A stretch of 51,237 nt of DNA from Candidatus Woesearchaeota archaeon (GCA_018263355.1 JAANXH010000045.1:1-51237), one strand, 5' to 3'; shown: positions 26,649 to 36,929, numbered from the stretch's first letter. Notes: generated by a model from the letters alone, not told the origin. Made by a program: numbers and translations.

Positions 26649-28145
26649 TTATTTTTCTATTTTGTATATCTTGACAACTCCAATTTGTTGTTGCTCTGAC
26701 AGATTAACATGGAATGCTGATTCAAGTTCTTGTTTTTCTGGTTTCCAGTCCTGCAAAAAAACAATATAATCGTATTTTAAAGCATTTTTCTCTTTAATAA
26801 AGTCCTTTGAATCATATGCATATATTTGTTTATCTAGGAGTATATTTACTGATGTATAGTTTGAATAAAAACGAGAATATGTGTTAGCCAGGCAGCGTTC
26901 TGAGTAAATGATAACTGATTTATTTTGAAGATTACCTCCTACTTCTTTCTGTGAAATAATATAGTGTTTATTCTCAGGGATTTGCTGGAACATGTTTTGG
27001 GGCAGTGCAAACACTGACAGTATAAATAAAATTAAAATGATATTTTTCCAAAGCTCCAATTTGAAGAATAGTGATAATGAGTAAAATCCAAAAGTAATAT
27101 ATATCAAAACTAAAGACAGGAAATTAATTATGTATCTTCTTGGAAATATTTCATAAACAACGTACAGATGGTAGAATAAGACTAAAAGAAAAATTATCTG
27201 ATTCTGCATTTTTCTATTCTTAATAATCAAAGCCACATATCCAACCAAGAACATCAGTACAAGTATCAAAGACAAAACAGAGATCATACTATATATTATT
27301 GAAAAATTCAATGTACTAATACCAAAACCTAAAAATCCCCTGCCAACATGGTTTTTGCTGTGTGTTAGTATTGGTAGAGTATTTGGTATGAAAAGAATGT
27401 ATCCTAAAAGTAAGTCAATGGGTTTTACTGAGGTTTTATACTTAATAAAGTAATATATTAATGGTAAAAATAGGATTGTATTTTCCATACGAAAATATGT
27501 TGAAAATATTGTGGTGTAAAAAATCAATTTAAGATTCTCATTTTTTGAATTATCTGTGAGGTAAAACAAAAAAAGTAACAATATGATTAACGAAGAGTAA
27601 TATAGCCCAGTTACATATGTCGTAGAGATTTCAACAGTAATAGGTACTAGAATGTACATTAAACAACCAAGTAAGGAATAAATTTCGCTTTTTGTTAGTC
27701 TTTTTATTGTAAAGAATACTAACAATATTATGCATATGCTGCAGATTATCCCCAGAATTGTGAAAATAAAATAGGTCTCTAATTCTGGTAGCAGTAGTTT
27801 AAGCAGGAATGCAATTGTGCTGAATCCATGAGTTCTCTCAAATTTTTCTATCCTGTGTTCATAAAAAATATTATCTGCCTGGCATACTTCCTGAACACCA
27901 ATATCTGCTATGTTATTGATTGGATTCATGCTGATAATACTGTTAGCAATATGAAAAATAATTATTAGGACTAATGCAAATAAAGCTGTTTTTGACATTC
28001 GAATCTTGTGTTTTTTAATCCATGGTATCAAGAAATAAATTAGTATCACAAGGTTTGCTAGGAAGAATAAGATATAAAATTTGTTATAGAAATCAGGAAT
28101 CAAGTAAAGAGGATTAACAATCTTGAAAATTGTAATTAAGTCCAT
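26649..28145 (-). CDS. Polytopic membrane protein, probable GT-C glycosyltransferase
   Basis: About 11-12 TM segments, R.EN and PRRY motifs, soluble C-terminal domain; adjacent to a surface-protein gene. Confidence 0.65.
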   Translation of the reverse strand: MDLITIFKIVNPLYLIPDFYNKFYILFFLANLVILIYFLIPWIKKHKIRMSKTALFALVLIIIFHIANSIISMNPINNIADIGVQEVCQADNIFYEHRIEKFERTHGFSTIAFLLKLLLPELETYFIFTILGIICSICIILLVFFTIKRLTKSEIYSLLGCLMYILVPITVEISTTYVTGLYYSSLIILLLFLFYLTDNSKNENLKLIFYTTIFSTYFRMENTILFLPLIYYFIKYKTSVKPIDLLLGYILFIPNTLPILTHSKNHVGRGFLGFGISTLNFSIIYSMISVLSLILVLMFLVGYVALIIKNRKMQNQIIFLLVLFYHLYVVYEIFPRRYIINFLSLVLIYITFGFYSLSLFFKLELWKNIILILFILSVFALPQNMFQQIPENKHYIISQKEVGGNLQNKSVIIYSERCLANTYSRFYSNYTSVNILLDKQIYAYDSKDFIKEKNALKYDYIVFLQDWKPEKQELESAFHVNLSEQQQIGVVKIYKIEK

Positions 28146-28228
28146 AATCTGCAATAAAACAAAATTCTATTTAAATATAATTAAAAAAACAGAAAATTAC
28201 AAAATAAAATAAAGGAAAATTCCTATTC

Positions 28229-31200
28229 CTATGCTTTTTTCTTTTTGACAAAGGTTATCAAGACAGGTATTAGTATTGCTACTGCAACAATTACAACCAC
28301 AATCAAAATGTTTTTAAACACATCTTTTTGCTCTTTGGTTTGCTCTTGATTTAATGATTCTTGTTCTTGATCTGTTGATTCTTGTTCTGTGGTTTGTGCT
28401 GGTGCTTGTTCTTGATCTGTTTCTTCTTCTACAACCACTTGTTCTTGCTCTGCTTGCGGGCTTTCCTCTGCTGAGATTGCAAAGTAACTAAAACCAGGTG
28501 ATGTTGCTTCAAACAAATAATTGTCTGTATCATATCCTTTACTACTAGTTGTAAGCTCTACCCATTTGTCATCCACATACCTATTTAGTTTGATTGTGTT
28601 TTTGTCAATATTGTTGTCACTTACCCAAGATTTACCTACCTTAAAATTGATTTTTACATCACTGACATCTTCTGTTGAGATTATTTTGGGAGTAATTTCT
28701 AGATATTTGTAGACCTTTTTTGAGTGAGCTGTTACACTGCTTGGTTTTTCTCCTAAACCTGCAACCTTAATCTCAGCATTTGTTTTCTGTTCATTAACAG
28801 TAAACTCAACCTTGGAAATAGGTATGTCCTCTTTTGAGACCGGCATTGAAACAGATTCTCCTGATTTTAATTCAGTCCAAACCCTGGTTTCAGATGTTGA
28901 AGCAATGGTTGCAACTGCTGCTCCACCGCCACCTCCTCCACCGCCTCCGTTTCCCCCATCATCTCCACCATCCTCTCCTGATGATTCTCCTGGTTGTCCT
29001 CCAACCCAAGTGGAGAACTGACAATCTGGAACTTCCCAGACACAGTAATCACTTCCTGTCTTATTTAATGTTGCTTCTGTTGTTCTGTTCAAACATTTGG
29101 TCATGTTATTGTCACAGTGCCAGAATTCAGCACAGGTTCCATTTCCTGGAATCCTTAATAGACATTTTTCAGGATAAAGATTATTGATAATCTTATCTCT
29201 TGTGGCTTCAGCCATACCAGCATATCCAACACTACCTCCTGCAGTTGAATTTATAGTTCCTGATTTCAAAGCATCTGCTGCATCAATATCTCTTGTTTTA
29301 CTGTTTAGACCTGTTTTTGTAATTCTTGCATTGACAAATTCAACATAAGAACTGTTATCTGTGGATGTAAGCAAGATGTTTGCTCTTTTACCTGAGGTGT
29401 AATTGGTTTTCATTCCTGCATTTTCACCACAAACATGTCCTTGCCAGTGCTCATAAGTTTCATCTTGATCAAGATCATATTTAACCTCCCAACCAGTAGG
29501 TGCTTTAATTTTAGTCACAAATCTACAGAAAGAACAAGAGCTGTATGTTTCTGTTGTGAAGTTAGAGCATTTACTTGCACCGCATTTTCCATTCTCATCA
29601 CAGATTTTTATTCTGTAATAATAAGTTGAGTCCGGATTTAATCCAAATCCTAATTTGGTTTGGTCCACTTCTGCAGTGTGCCACAACTTATATTCCTCTA
29701 CTCCACTGTTTGTTATTCCAACATCTGCAATTATGTTGTTTAGTGAAGCTGCAGCACATGTGCTGTCATTAATGTAGAAATTCAAAGTTCCATTTGCTGG
29801 CTTATCTGTGAAATAAGATACAAACGCACTATCTGGATATGTTTCTTTCATCATACCAATCACAAGCGGCATTTTTGTATCTTCAAAACTTGATGCTTCT
29901 ACACCAAGGCTATTGTTTACACAATATGGATGTCCATCACAGTAATAACTTTCACAACCAGATTCTGTCCAGCAATCAGTATTTTCACTGTAATAAATAA
30001 ATCCATCATCTGCTCCTACATTACCTGCTTTTTTCTTAGCATCTGTTTCAAATTTAAACATGTCAAATCCATCAAAGTCAAAGTCAAATGCACCAGGGGT
30101 TGCCCAACCTGCATCTGCAAAATCTGAAGGATTTGTATCATTATTGTTTGGACCTGCACTTGCTACTGCTACTCTCAAATCTACTTCTGAATCATACATA
30201 CCTGAGAATTTGCTTAGCTCATTTAAGTCAAAAGCAATCATTGGGCCTCCAAGCATAGAGCACATCATTTGCCTGACACTACTCACACTAATCTCTGCTT
30301 TTACCCATGAACCATCTGAGCACCTATATGCTGCTGGTGAATCAGAAACACTTCCTGATGTGGAATCATAAGTCCAACTATTTTTAAAGTAGAACTCATA
30401 TCCTGGTTGGCTTGAGTTATATTTTAGTTCACAATTGTTTGTCTTGTTTCCATCTGAATCAAGATACCAATAATAAGTTGATTTATTTGTGCCTGAACCT
30501 TTACCTCCACCCATCAAGTTCATATTATTACATGCTGCTGCAAAATTCATTGAACGTACTCCCACTCCAAAACCATATGCTTGACCCATATCTTTCATAC
30601 CAAAGTCAAGTATATCAACTTCTGCATCTAATCCTGAGTCTTGTGGATCTTTACCTAGATCCACAGGCGGTGCTCCCATATCCATTCCTTTAAAGAATTT
30701 TGCTGCCTGTGCTGGATTACACCATCCATTAACCCATCTAAATGAGTTTCCTAGATTTGTACAGTTCTGCTGAGTATCTGCTTGGCTAAATCCTGCTGGT
30801 TCACATCTGCCATCATTAGCAGCACAAAGTGGATGTGCATCACATAATGCAAGATTATTTTGCAGACTTGTATTCCACATACATTCAAATGGTTTTTCAT
30901 CACAAAATTGCTGCTGTTCATTCCATTTACATAAGGAGTGTTGTTCACATATAGTTTGATTATATGTGTATTGTGGACAGTTTTCTCCAAAGTTTATATC
31001 ACAGAAAGGCCAAGGTTCATCAAACCACCCACAACCAGTTTGAGTCTCACATGCTGTTTGGTTACCATCATACTGCATACACTGCATTCCAAATCCTCCC
31101 ATTGCTATGCTATCTCCTCCTGGCCCTCCTCCTCCACCAGAGCTCATTCCAAAGGTCATTTCTCCGCCAAAGCCTTTTGGATCACAAAAACCAGATGTCC

Positions 31201-34135
31201 AGCTACAGCCTGCACTTGAACAAGCAGTTGCATTTGGCTGATTTTTACAATTTGATTTAACTAGTGGTTCACAATCTCCTCCACCTTCATTAAACATCAT
31301 CCACTCACAATTCTCAGCTAAATCACAAGCAGTGGCATTGTTATGGCTGCATGCAAAAAGTTCATGTTCGCAAAAACCTGCATCTTCTCCTTGCTGCTCA
31401 CACCATGGATCTGGCTTCCACATACATGGTTTTACTCCACTAGAATCTGCAGTTCCTGCATTACTGCAAGTTGCATTTACATCCTGGTCGTGCTGCCAGC
31501 ATTCATAATAGGTTGATCCTGAATAACTTGGATTAGGGTCACAAATTGCACCGAAATCTTGACACCATGTGTCCTGTATCCAAGTACAGTTTGCTTTGTT
31601 ATTACAGGTATTTAGATCTAGTCCTTTACACGATTCTCCTATGCTCCAGTTTCCTTCACACATACCGCCAAAGCCAGAGTGCCATTCACAAGTTCCATTT
31701 CCAGTCATATTATTGTTTTCACATTCTAATTGTGAAGTACCATCAAATTTCCAGCATGCTGCAAAAGGCATATCACATTTTTCTCCCCAAGATTCATTTA
31801 TCCATACACAACCTTCACCTTCACAAGAGGTATTGTCACTGAACCCAAAACAGTCAACCCCAAATTGACCAAACATTACATCTCCACCACAAAACGGATC
31901 TGTAAAACACATTGAGTCAGCACAATCCATTTTATTATCATTATTATTATCAATACCATCCCAACAGATTTCTAGTGAATCTGCTCCAGATTTATATTGA
32001 CAGATTGAACCTGACCATTCACAAACTCCCTGTGCATTACTATCTCCTTTTTTTCCACCTTTGTTTTTACAATCAGATTCTGAATAACATTTATCACATT
32101 GATCTGAACAGGTTTTTTGAGATTGTGATACACACGCTCCGCTAGATTCGTCCTGACTATTTGTTGAATCTGCTACCCATTTACACTTTGCAGGACTTTG
32201 ACTGCAATAACAAGATGGAGCTACACAAGTATCATAACTTGCTGTGGTCCCAGTATACTTTGTTGAAGAAGTTGAATCTCCCATTTTTGCACAACTTGCG
32301 CAATCAGTTTTACAATCTCCTGCTGTTCCTTTTTTAAACTCTTCTTTTGGTTCACAATATCCATATGTGTTTGGAGCATTTGTATCACTGGTAAATCCAC
32401 ATATTCCTAATCTGGATTGTCCACATGCTGATTTAGCTTCTGATTGGCTTGCCCAGTTTGTCTTATCAGATTTGTATTCACATGCCTTACAACTTTTATC
32501 ACAGTTTCTCTCATCTTCAAACTTAAATTCACATCTACCTGTTGGAACCTGCATAGATCCTTCACAATAACTTTCAACAATCCATTTTCCACCTGCAACT
32601 TCACAATTTTTCTTATTATCTATTTTAAAGATATTTCCTCCACCTGAGCCAAACACATCTTCTTTTTTAAAGTGACACCTGCTCTCATTTGCATTCCATT
32701 GACAAGGCATGTACCAAGGAAATCCTGCTATTTGATTACATAGAGTTTGACTAGTAAAAGAGTTATAATCATCACAATATTGTGCTCCTTCTGGAGGTTC
32801 TTCCATTTGGTCCCTACAAGAAGATGAGAATTTATCTTCTACACATTCTCCTGCCATCCAATTACAACAAGAACTAAGCAAAGGAAGACTATTACACACA
32901 GTCTTGTTTGTTAATAGTGAACAATTTAATTGATTATTTCCTATTATTGAATTGTTAGTTTCACATCCTCCTGATACCCAATCACACCCAGTTGTATTAG
33001 TACATGTATTTTGATCTGTATCAAATATATAACAACCAGGATTCCATGCCTGAAAGTCCATTTGGATTCCGCCTTGAGAAGGATCATTACAAACAGATGC
33101 TGTCTTGTTCCAAAGACAATACATGCTATCTAAACAATTTTTTTCTGAGTTTATATTTGAACAGGATTTTGCTGTTACATTTTCATAACATTCAGACCCA
33201 CTCCATATACAATTTAATCCAACAGTATTATTTTCACAATTACCTATACTTTGATATGAAAAACATTGTACTTCTTTACACTGGCCACCTGTAAATGTGT
33301 GCCAGAAACAATCACTTGAAGATTGACATGATGAAACATCCCCGTAATTCTTACATCCTAGTTCAGTACAAACACTAGTTGTAGAGTTCCATTGACAATC
33401 TAGTCCTTTAGTATTATTCTCACAGTTACCTACCTTTGTCCAGCTATAGGATTTACAAGTTGTTTCATGACAAGATGAACCTCCCCAGGTACAATTGTTT
33501 GTTTGACAATCTGATAAAGTTGAGTAAGATGAACAACCAGATTCTCTACATTCATTATATTTAGTGTCCCATTCACAAGCATTACCTTGCATACCTACGT
33601 GTGACTCACAAACTGATGCATTAGTATTTGAATAGTCCCAGCAGTCTTCATCTTTACATACTCCCCAGGTGCAGCCTGCAACATTTTCACAGGTTGAAGA
33701 AGAGGTGTAATTCCAGCATGATTTTTCTGGAGGACCCATACATGGAAATTGATAATTAGCAGCATCAAATTCATCAATCCATTCACATTCAAGATTATAA
33801 GTATTATTTACACATGCACTAGCATTTGTTCCTTCAAATGCAAAACAATCAAGGTGATGACAGAATCCAGAGCTTGCTCCAGCGCTCCAAGAACAGGTTT
33901 TGTTTATGAAATATTGGGTGGAGGCATTATCTGCACTAGAACACTCATTTTCAGAGAATAAATTCCAGCAGCCCACTGGTTCACACCAGCTCCCCCAGGG
34001 ATCTTCTCTCCAGGTACAACTAGTTGCATTATTACATGCTGTTTCATCATATTGATGACAATCAAAAGCATAAACACCCACACTCAAAGCAAATATCATT
34101 AGAAAAAGTAGTATAATCCTGTTCTTATTCATCAA
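28229..34135 (-). CDS. Giant Cys-rich surface glycoprotein with a PGF-pre-PGF domain and C-terminal TM anchor
   Basis: Signal peptide, many C-x(4-8)-C-x-W units, DGIDNNND Ca-binding-like motif, Gly linker, TSPGFSYFAI, acidic linker, then TM plus KKKA. Confidence 0.9.
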   Translation of the reverse strand: MMNKNRIILLFLMIFALSVGVYAFDCHQYDETACNNATSCTWREDPWGSWCEPVGCWNLFSENECSSADNASTQYFINKTCSWSAGASSGFCHHLDCFAFEGTNASACVNNTYNLECEWIDEFDAANYQFPCMGPPEKSCWNYTSSSTCENVAGCTWGVCKDEDCWDYSNTNASVCESHVGMQGNACEWDTKYNECRESGCSSYSTLSDCQTNNCTWGGSSCHETTCKSYSWTKVGNCENNTKGLDCQWNSTTSVCTELGCKNYGDVSSCQSSSDCFWHTFTGGQCKEVQCFSYQSIGNCENNTVGLNCIWSGSECYENVTAKSCSNINSEKNCLDSMYCLWNKTASVCNDPSQGGIQMDFQAWNPGCYIFDTDQNTCTNTTGCDWVSGGCETNNSIIGNNQLNCSLLTNKTVCNSLPLLSSCCNWMAGECVEDKFSSSCRDQMEEPPEGAQYCDDYNSFTSQTLCNQIAGFPWYMPCQWNANESRCHFKKEDVFGSGGGNIFKIDNKKNCEVAGGKWIVESYCEGSMQVPTGRCEFKFEDERNCDKSCKACEYKSDKTNWASQSEAKSACGQSRLGICGFTSDTNAPNTYGYCEPKEEFKKGTAGDCKTDCASCAKMGDSTSSTKYTGTTASYDTCVAPSCYCSQSPAKCKWVADSTNSQDESSGACVSQSQKTCSDQCDKCYSESDCKNKGGKKGDSNAQGVCEWSGSICQYKSGADSLEICWDGIDNNNDNKMDCADSMCFTDPFCGGDVMFGQFGVDCFGFSDNTSCEGEGCVWINESWGEKCDMPFAACWKFDGTSQLECENNNMTGNGTCEWHSGFGGMCEGNWSIGESCKGLDLNTCNNKANCTWIQDTWCQDFGAICDPNPSYSGSTYYECWQHDQDVNATCSNAGTADSSGVKPCMWKPDPWCEQQGEDAGFCEHELFACSHNNATACDLAENCEWMMFNEGGGDCEPLVKSNCKNQPNATACSSAGCSWTSGFCDPKGFGGEMTFGMSSGGGGGPGGDSIAMGGFGMQCMQYDGNQTACETQTGCGWFDEPWPFCDINFGENCPQYTYNQTICEQHSLCKWNEQQQFCDEKPFECMWNTSLQNNLALCDAHPLCAANDGRCEPAGFSQADTQQNCTNLGNSFRWVNGWCNPAQAAKFFKGMDMGAPPVDLGKDPQDSGLDAEVDILDFGMKDMGQAYGFGVGVRSMNFAAACNNMNLMGGGKGSGTNKSTYYWYLDSDGNKTNNCELKYNSSQPGYEFYFKNSWTYDSTSGSVSDSPAAYRCSDGSWVKAEISVSSVRQMMCSMLGGPMIAFDLNELSKFSGMYDSEVDLRVAVASAGPNNNDTNPSDFADAGWATPGAFDFDFDGFDMFKFETDAKKKAGNVGADDGFIYYSENTDCWTESGCESYYCDGHPYCVNNSLGVEASSFEDTKMPLVIGMMKETYPDSAFVSYFTDKPANGTLNFYINDSTCAAASLNNIIADVGITNSGVEEYKLWHTAEVDQTKLGFGLNPDSTYYYRIKICDENGKCGASKCSNFTTETYSSCSFCRFVTKIKAPTGWEVKYDLDQDETYEHWQGHVCGENAGMKTNYTSGKRANILLTSTDNSSYVEFVNARITKTGLNSKTRDIDAADALKSGTINSTAGGSVGYAGMAEATRDKIINNLYPEKCLLRIPGNGTCAEFWHCDNNMTKCLNRTTEATLNKTGSDYCVWEVPDCQFSTWVGGQPGESSGEDGGDDGGNGGGGGGGGGAAVATIASTSETRVWTELKSGESVSMPVSKEDIPISKVEFTVNEQKTNAEIKVAGLGEKPSSVTAHSKKVYKYLEITPKIISTEDVSDVKINFKVGKSWVSDNNIDKNTIKLNRYVDDKWVELTTSSKGYDTDNYLFEATSPGFSYFAISAEESPQAEQEQVVVEEETDQEQAPAQTTEQESTDQEQESLNQEQTKEQKDVFKNILIVVVIVAVAILIPVLITFVKKKKA

Positions 34136-34307
34136 ACTGCACCTCTTTTTTAAAAAAAGTGAATTTTCTCACTTTTTCTATATATAAATTTATAATACAA
34201 TTATAACTAGGTATACATTTTGACTCATTAAATATATAAATGTTTGTATTTTCAACTGTTCATCTGATACTTCTTGAGGAGTTTTTATAATGGTAGCCAA
34301 TGCAAGG

Positions 34308-34432
34308 AAAAAGTGGCACAGATGCTCACAGTCACTGTGTTCAGTGAGTTGCTCTGGCAACCATACACTGAAGGTTTCAGCTACGCTGAAATTTAGGAAC
34401 ATTAGTGACATGATGTAGGGTATTATACCCCA
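34308..34432 (+). ncRNA. Structured RNA motif A, copy 3 (diverged)
   Basis: Shares AAAAAGTGG, GCTCACAGTCACTGTGTTC-GTG and AGGAAC-TTAGTGACATGATGT-GGGTATT with the reverse complement of copies 1 and 2; TTTTATAA at 34283-34290. Confidence 0.7.
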
Positions 34433-34606
34433 TAGAAAATCCCTCAATGCGTGATTTTCAATAATCTATTTTTCATGAGGAAAAATGCTTATATAATAAA
34501 AGACCAATTTTACAAAACATTTAGGCTTTAGCATGCTAATTAAGTGATTTTGAGTATTTTTCGAAAGGTTTATATATTCATTTTATCAATTAAAGTAGTT
34601 AGAGGG

Positions 34607-34777
34607 ATGGCAGCTTTTAATTTCTTAAATTCTATTGACCATTTAGAGCGAAAATGTGGGAAGTGTGGCTCTAAGATAGATTGGGGTACAACAACAGAGT
34701 ATGATGATGAACTAGAAGCACACAAATGCAAGAGTTGTGGAGAGATTGTTAAAGCTCTAAGTGCTAAGTCTGACTAA
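34607..34777 (+). CDS. Small zinc-ribbon protein
   Basis: CGKCG...CKSCG; TATA at about 34569 and GAGGG RBS. Confidence 0.75.
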   Translation: MAAFNFLNSIDHLERKCGKCGSKIDWGTTTEYDDELEAHKCKSCGEIVKALSAKSD

Positions 34778-35533
34778 CTGACCTGATTTTTTTGACTTTT
34801 TAAATACATATATATAAAATGGTAGTACTATACATAAAACTGCCATAGATATTATTAAAGACCTGTTGATTAGGTTTATATTTAATGCACCTTCTGTAGG
34901 CAGTCTTTTTAAAGTTTCAAATATCCATGTGTGTGGAAGTACATATGCTACTTTTTGCATCCATACTGGGTAAGTTTTAATTGGAAAAAATGGGGCTGAC
35001 AAGAGGATTATCAGCTGGAGAAAGCTCCAGGATAAAAAAGCATATTCTCTACCTAATAAGACAAATAATGCAACAATCAAGATGCATAAAGAGGTTGAGG
35101 CTAGCAAAGTTGCTGCAATTAGATATAATAAAGGTAATAACGCAGGCAACTGGAACCCAAATAGATGCGTTATGTATAACATTGATCCAAGAATTATTAA
35201 TGATGATATTACTGAGTATAGTATTCTTGCTATTATATATTCTAACTCATGGATTCCTGAAACTAATAATTGATACAAGCTTCTGCTCCACACATCCATG
35301 TTTATCTGAAGATTAGCTGCAGATTGTGATAAATATGAAAATGACCAGAATACATTTATGATTAACAACATCATTGCGGTTTCAACAGAAAACTGTTTAA
35401 AGTAGTTTGCAAACAATCCCCAAATTAAAGTGGAAGTTAGTGGAAAGAATAAAGATTCTATTATTCTTTGCTTTGATTTTGACAAAGTAAGAAAATCTCT
35501 GTACAACAGTGCTTTTATTTTGTGAAATCTCAT
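34757..35533 (-). CDS. ABC-2 type transporter permease
   Basis: Six TM segments, FFPI...P.WMQ.VAY.LP.TW; coupled to the ATPase. Confidence 0.9.
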   Translation of the reverse strand: MRFHKIKALLYRDFLTLSKSKQRIIESLFFPLTSTLIWGLFANYFKQFSVETAMMLLIINVFWSFSYLSQSAANLQINMDVWSRSLYQLLVSGIHELEYIIARILYSVISSLIILGSMLYITHLFGFQLPALLPLLYLIAATLLASTSLCILIVALFVLLGREYAFLSWSFLQLIILLSAPFFPIKTYPVWMQKVAYVLPHTWIFETLKRLPTEGALNINLINRSLIISMAVLCIVLPFYIYVFKKSKKSGQLVRLST

Positions 35534-36438
35534 TTTAACATTTTTACAAAGTAATCCTCAAGAGAGGGTTTTTTAACCTCCATATCAATTATTTTATATC
35601 CTCCTTTTACTAGCTCTGATAAGACTTTGCTTATATCTTGGTCATGCTTCAATTGTTTTGTTATTTGTTTTCCTCGAACTTTAAATCCCATTCGTTGTAA
35701 TGGTGCTTTTTTTGGATTTTTTATATCTATTATTATTTTGTATGTGTTAAATTTACTTGTTTTTACGTCTTTTACACTGCCAATATCAATAAGTTGTCCT
35801 TTATGAAGAAATGCTATTCTATCGCAGAGCTGCTCTACTTCATGCATATAATGGCTTGTTAAAAGTATTGTTGTATTATATTTGTCTCTTACATCACATA
35901 TTTTTTTCCTAACTTTTATTGCTATGTCTGGATCTAAACCCAATGTTGGCTCATCAAGGAGCAATAATTTTGGATGATTGATCAAAGATTTTGCTAACAC
36001 CAGCCTAACTCTTTGACCAGTTGACAGTGTTGTAAATTTTTTATCCATAAATTCAGATATTTCAAGATCTGAAATTAGTCCTTTTATCCTTTTTTCTCTC
36101 TCTGCTTTTGGTACTTTGTAAAGCATACAATAAAAATTTAAAATTTGATTTGCAGATAAGTTCCAATGAAACCTGGTTTCTCCAGATACTGAATTCATTT
36201 TTTCCAGTATTTTTCTATTTTTTGCTAATTCTTTTCCAAATATCTTGATATTTCCCTTATCTGGAATTAACATGCCATTAATACAATTAAGCAAGGTGGT
36301 TTTTCCTGCTCCGTTTGCTCCAAGAACACCAAAGATTTCTCCTTTCTGAATATTTATTGAAAGATTTTTTAGAGCATCAAATCTAGCACCGTTGTTCTTG
36401 AAATATTTTGATACTTTATTGATTTTTACAGCGAGCAT
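35530..36438 (-). CDS. ABC transporter ATP-binding protein
   Basis: GANGAGKT, LSTGQ, LLLDEPT and TSH. Confidence 0.95.
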   Translation of the reverse strand: MLAVKINKVSKYFKNNGARFDALKNLSINIQKGEIFGVLGANGAGKTTLLNCINGMLIPDKGNIKIFGKELAKNRKILEKMNSVSGETRFHWNLSANQILNFYCMLYKVPKAEREKRIKGLISDLEISEFMDKKFTTLSTGQRVRLVLAKSLINHPKLLLLDEPTLGLDPDIAIKVRKKICDVRDKYNTTILLTSHYMHEVEQLCDRIAFLHKGQLIDIGSVKDVKTSKFNTYKIIIDIKNPKKAPLQRMGFKVRGKQITKQLKHDQDISKVLSELVKGGYKIIDMEVKKPSLEDYFVKMLK

Positions 36439-36480
36439 AACATGAGCTAAAATTGTGTTATTTAAAAAGTATAGGGTATT

Positions 36481-36628
36481 AGTTTATGCCTCTTGACCGG
36501 TTTCCTCGCCAGTTTGTTAAATATATTGTTTGTAAAACAAAACAGGAAATGAAAAGACAAACTGTTCCTTTTTGCATCTTACGATGACCGAGGTCTCTCT
36601 CAACAGTTTGGCCAGGGAGGCACAAACT
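36481..36628 (-). ncRNA. Structured RNA motif B, copy 1
   Basis: Long terminal stem; internal blocks homologous to 45271-45426. Confidence 0.68.
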
Positions 36629-36749
36629 CATCTACTATCTTAAATTTTTAACAAAAAGCTTTATATACAGTTTTTAATTCTGACTTGTTTAGGTCTCTGT
36701 AGCATACTCGAAAAAGCTTTTTCGGTCGCTTCAGATGCTTACCATATTC

Positions 36750-36859
36750 GCCTCTGTAGCATAGTGGTGGTGCGTAGCCTTGGTATGTTCAACTTGTTAT
36801 TTAAAGCGAGTTGAGCGACATAAAGGCTAAGGTCCCGAGTTCAAGTCTCGGCAGAGGCT
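36750..36859 (+). tRNA. tRNA-Thr(GGT) with a 38-nt anticodon-loop intron (~36786-36823)
   Basis: Acceptor GCCTCTG/CAGAGGC-T; anticodon stem TAGCC/GGCTA with GGT at 36782-36784; T arm CCGAG-TTCAAGT-CTCGG. Confidence 0.88.
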
Positions 36860-36929
36860 CTTTTTTCTAATTTTTTTGTTTTAGTAAAATATTTAAATGA
36901 TCTATGTCTTGAATAGTTTGGTGAGACTT

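Noticed and set aside
28521-33961. Many short ORFs within the giant gene and antisense ORFs in other genes (e.g. 3579-3974, 37217-37843)
   Set aside because: Shadow frames of well-supported genes.
34190-34447. 85-aa ORF upstream of the giant surface protein
   Set aside because: It is antisense to motif-A copy 3 and shows no protein features.
36481-36628. HDV-like ribozyme identity for motif B (GGAACA...TGGCGA resemblance)
   Set aside because: The required P2 and nested P1/P3 pairings could not be built in either copy.
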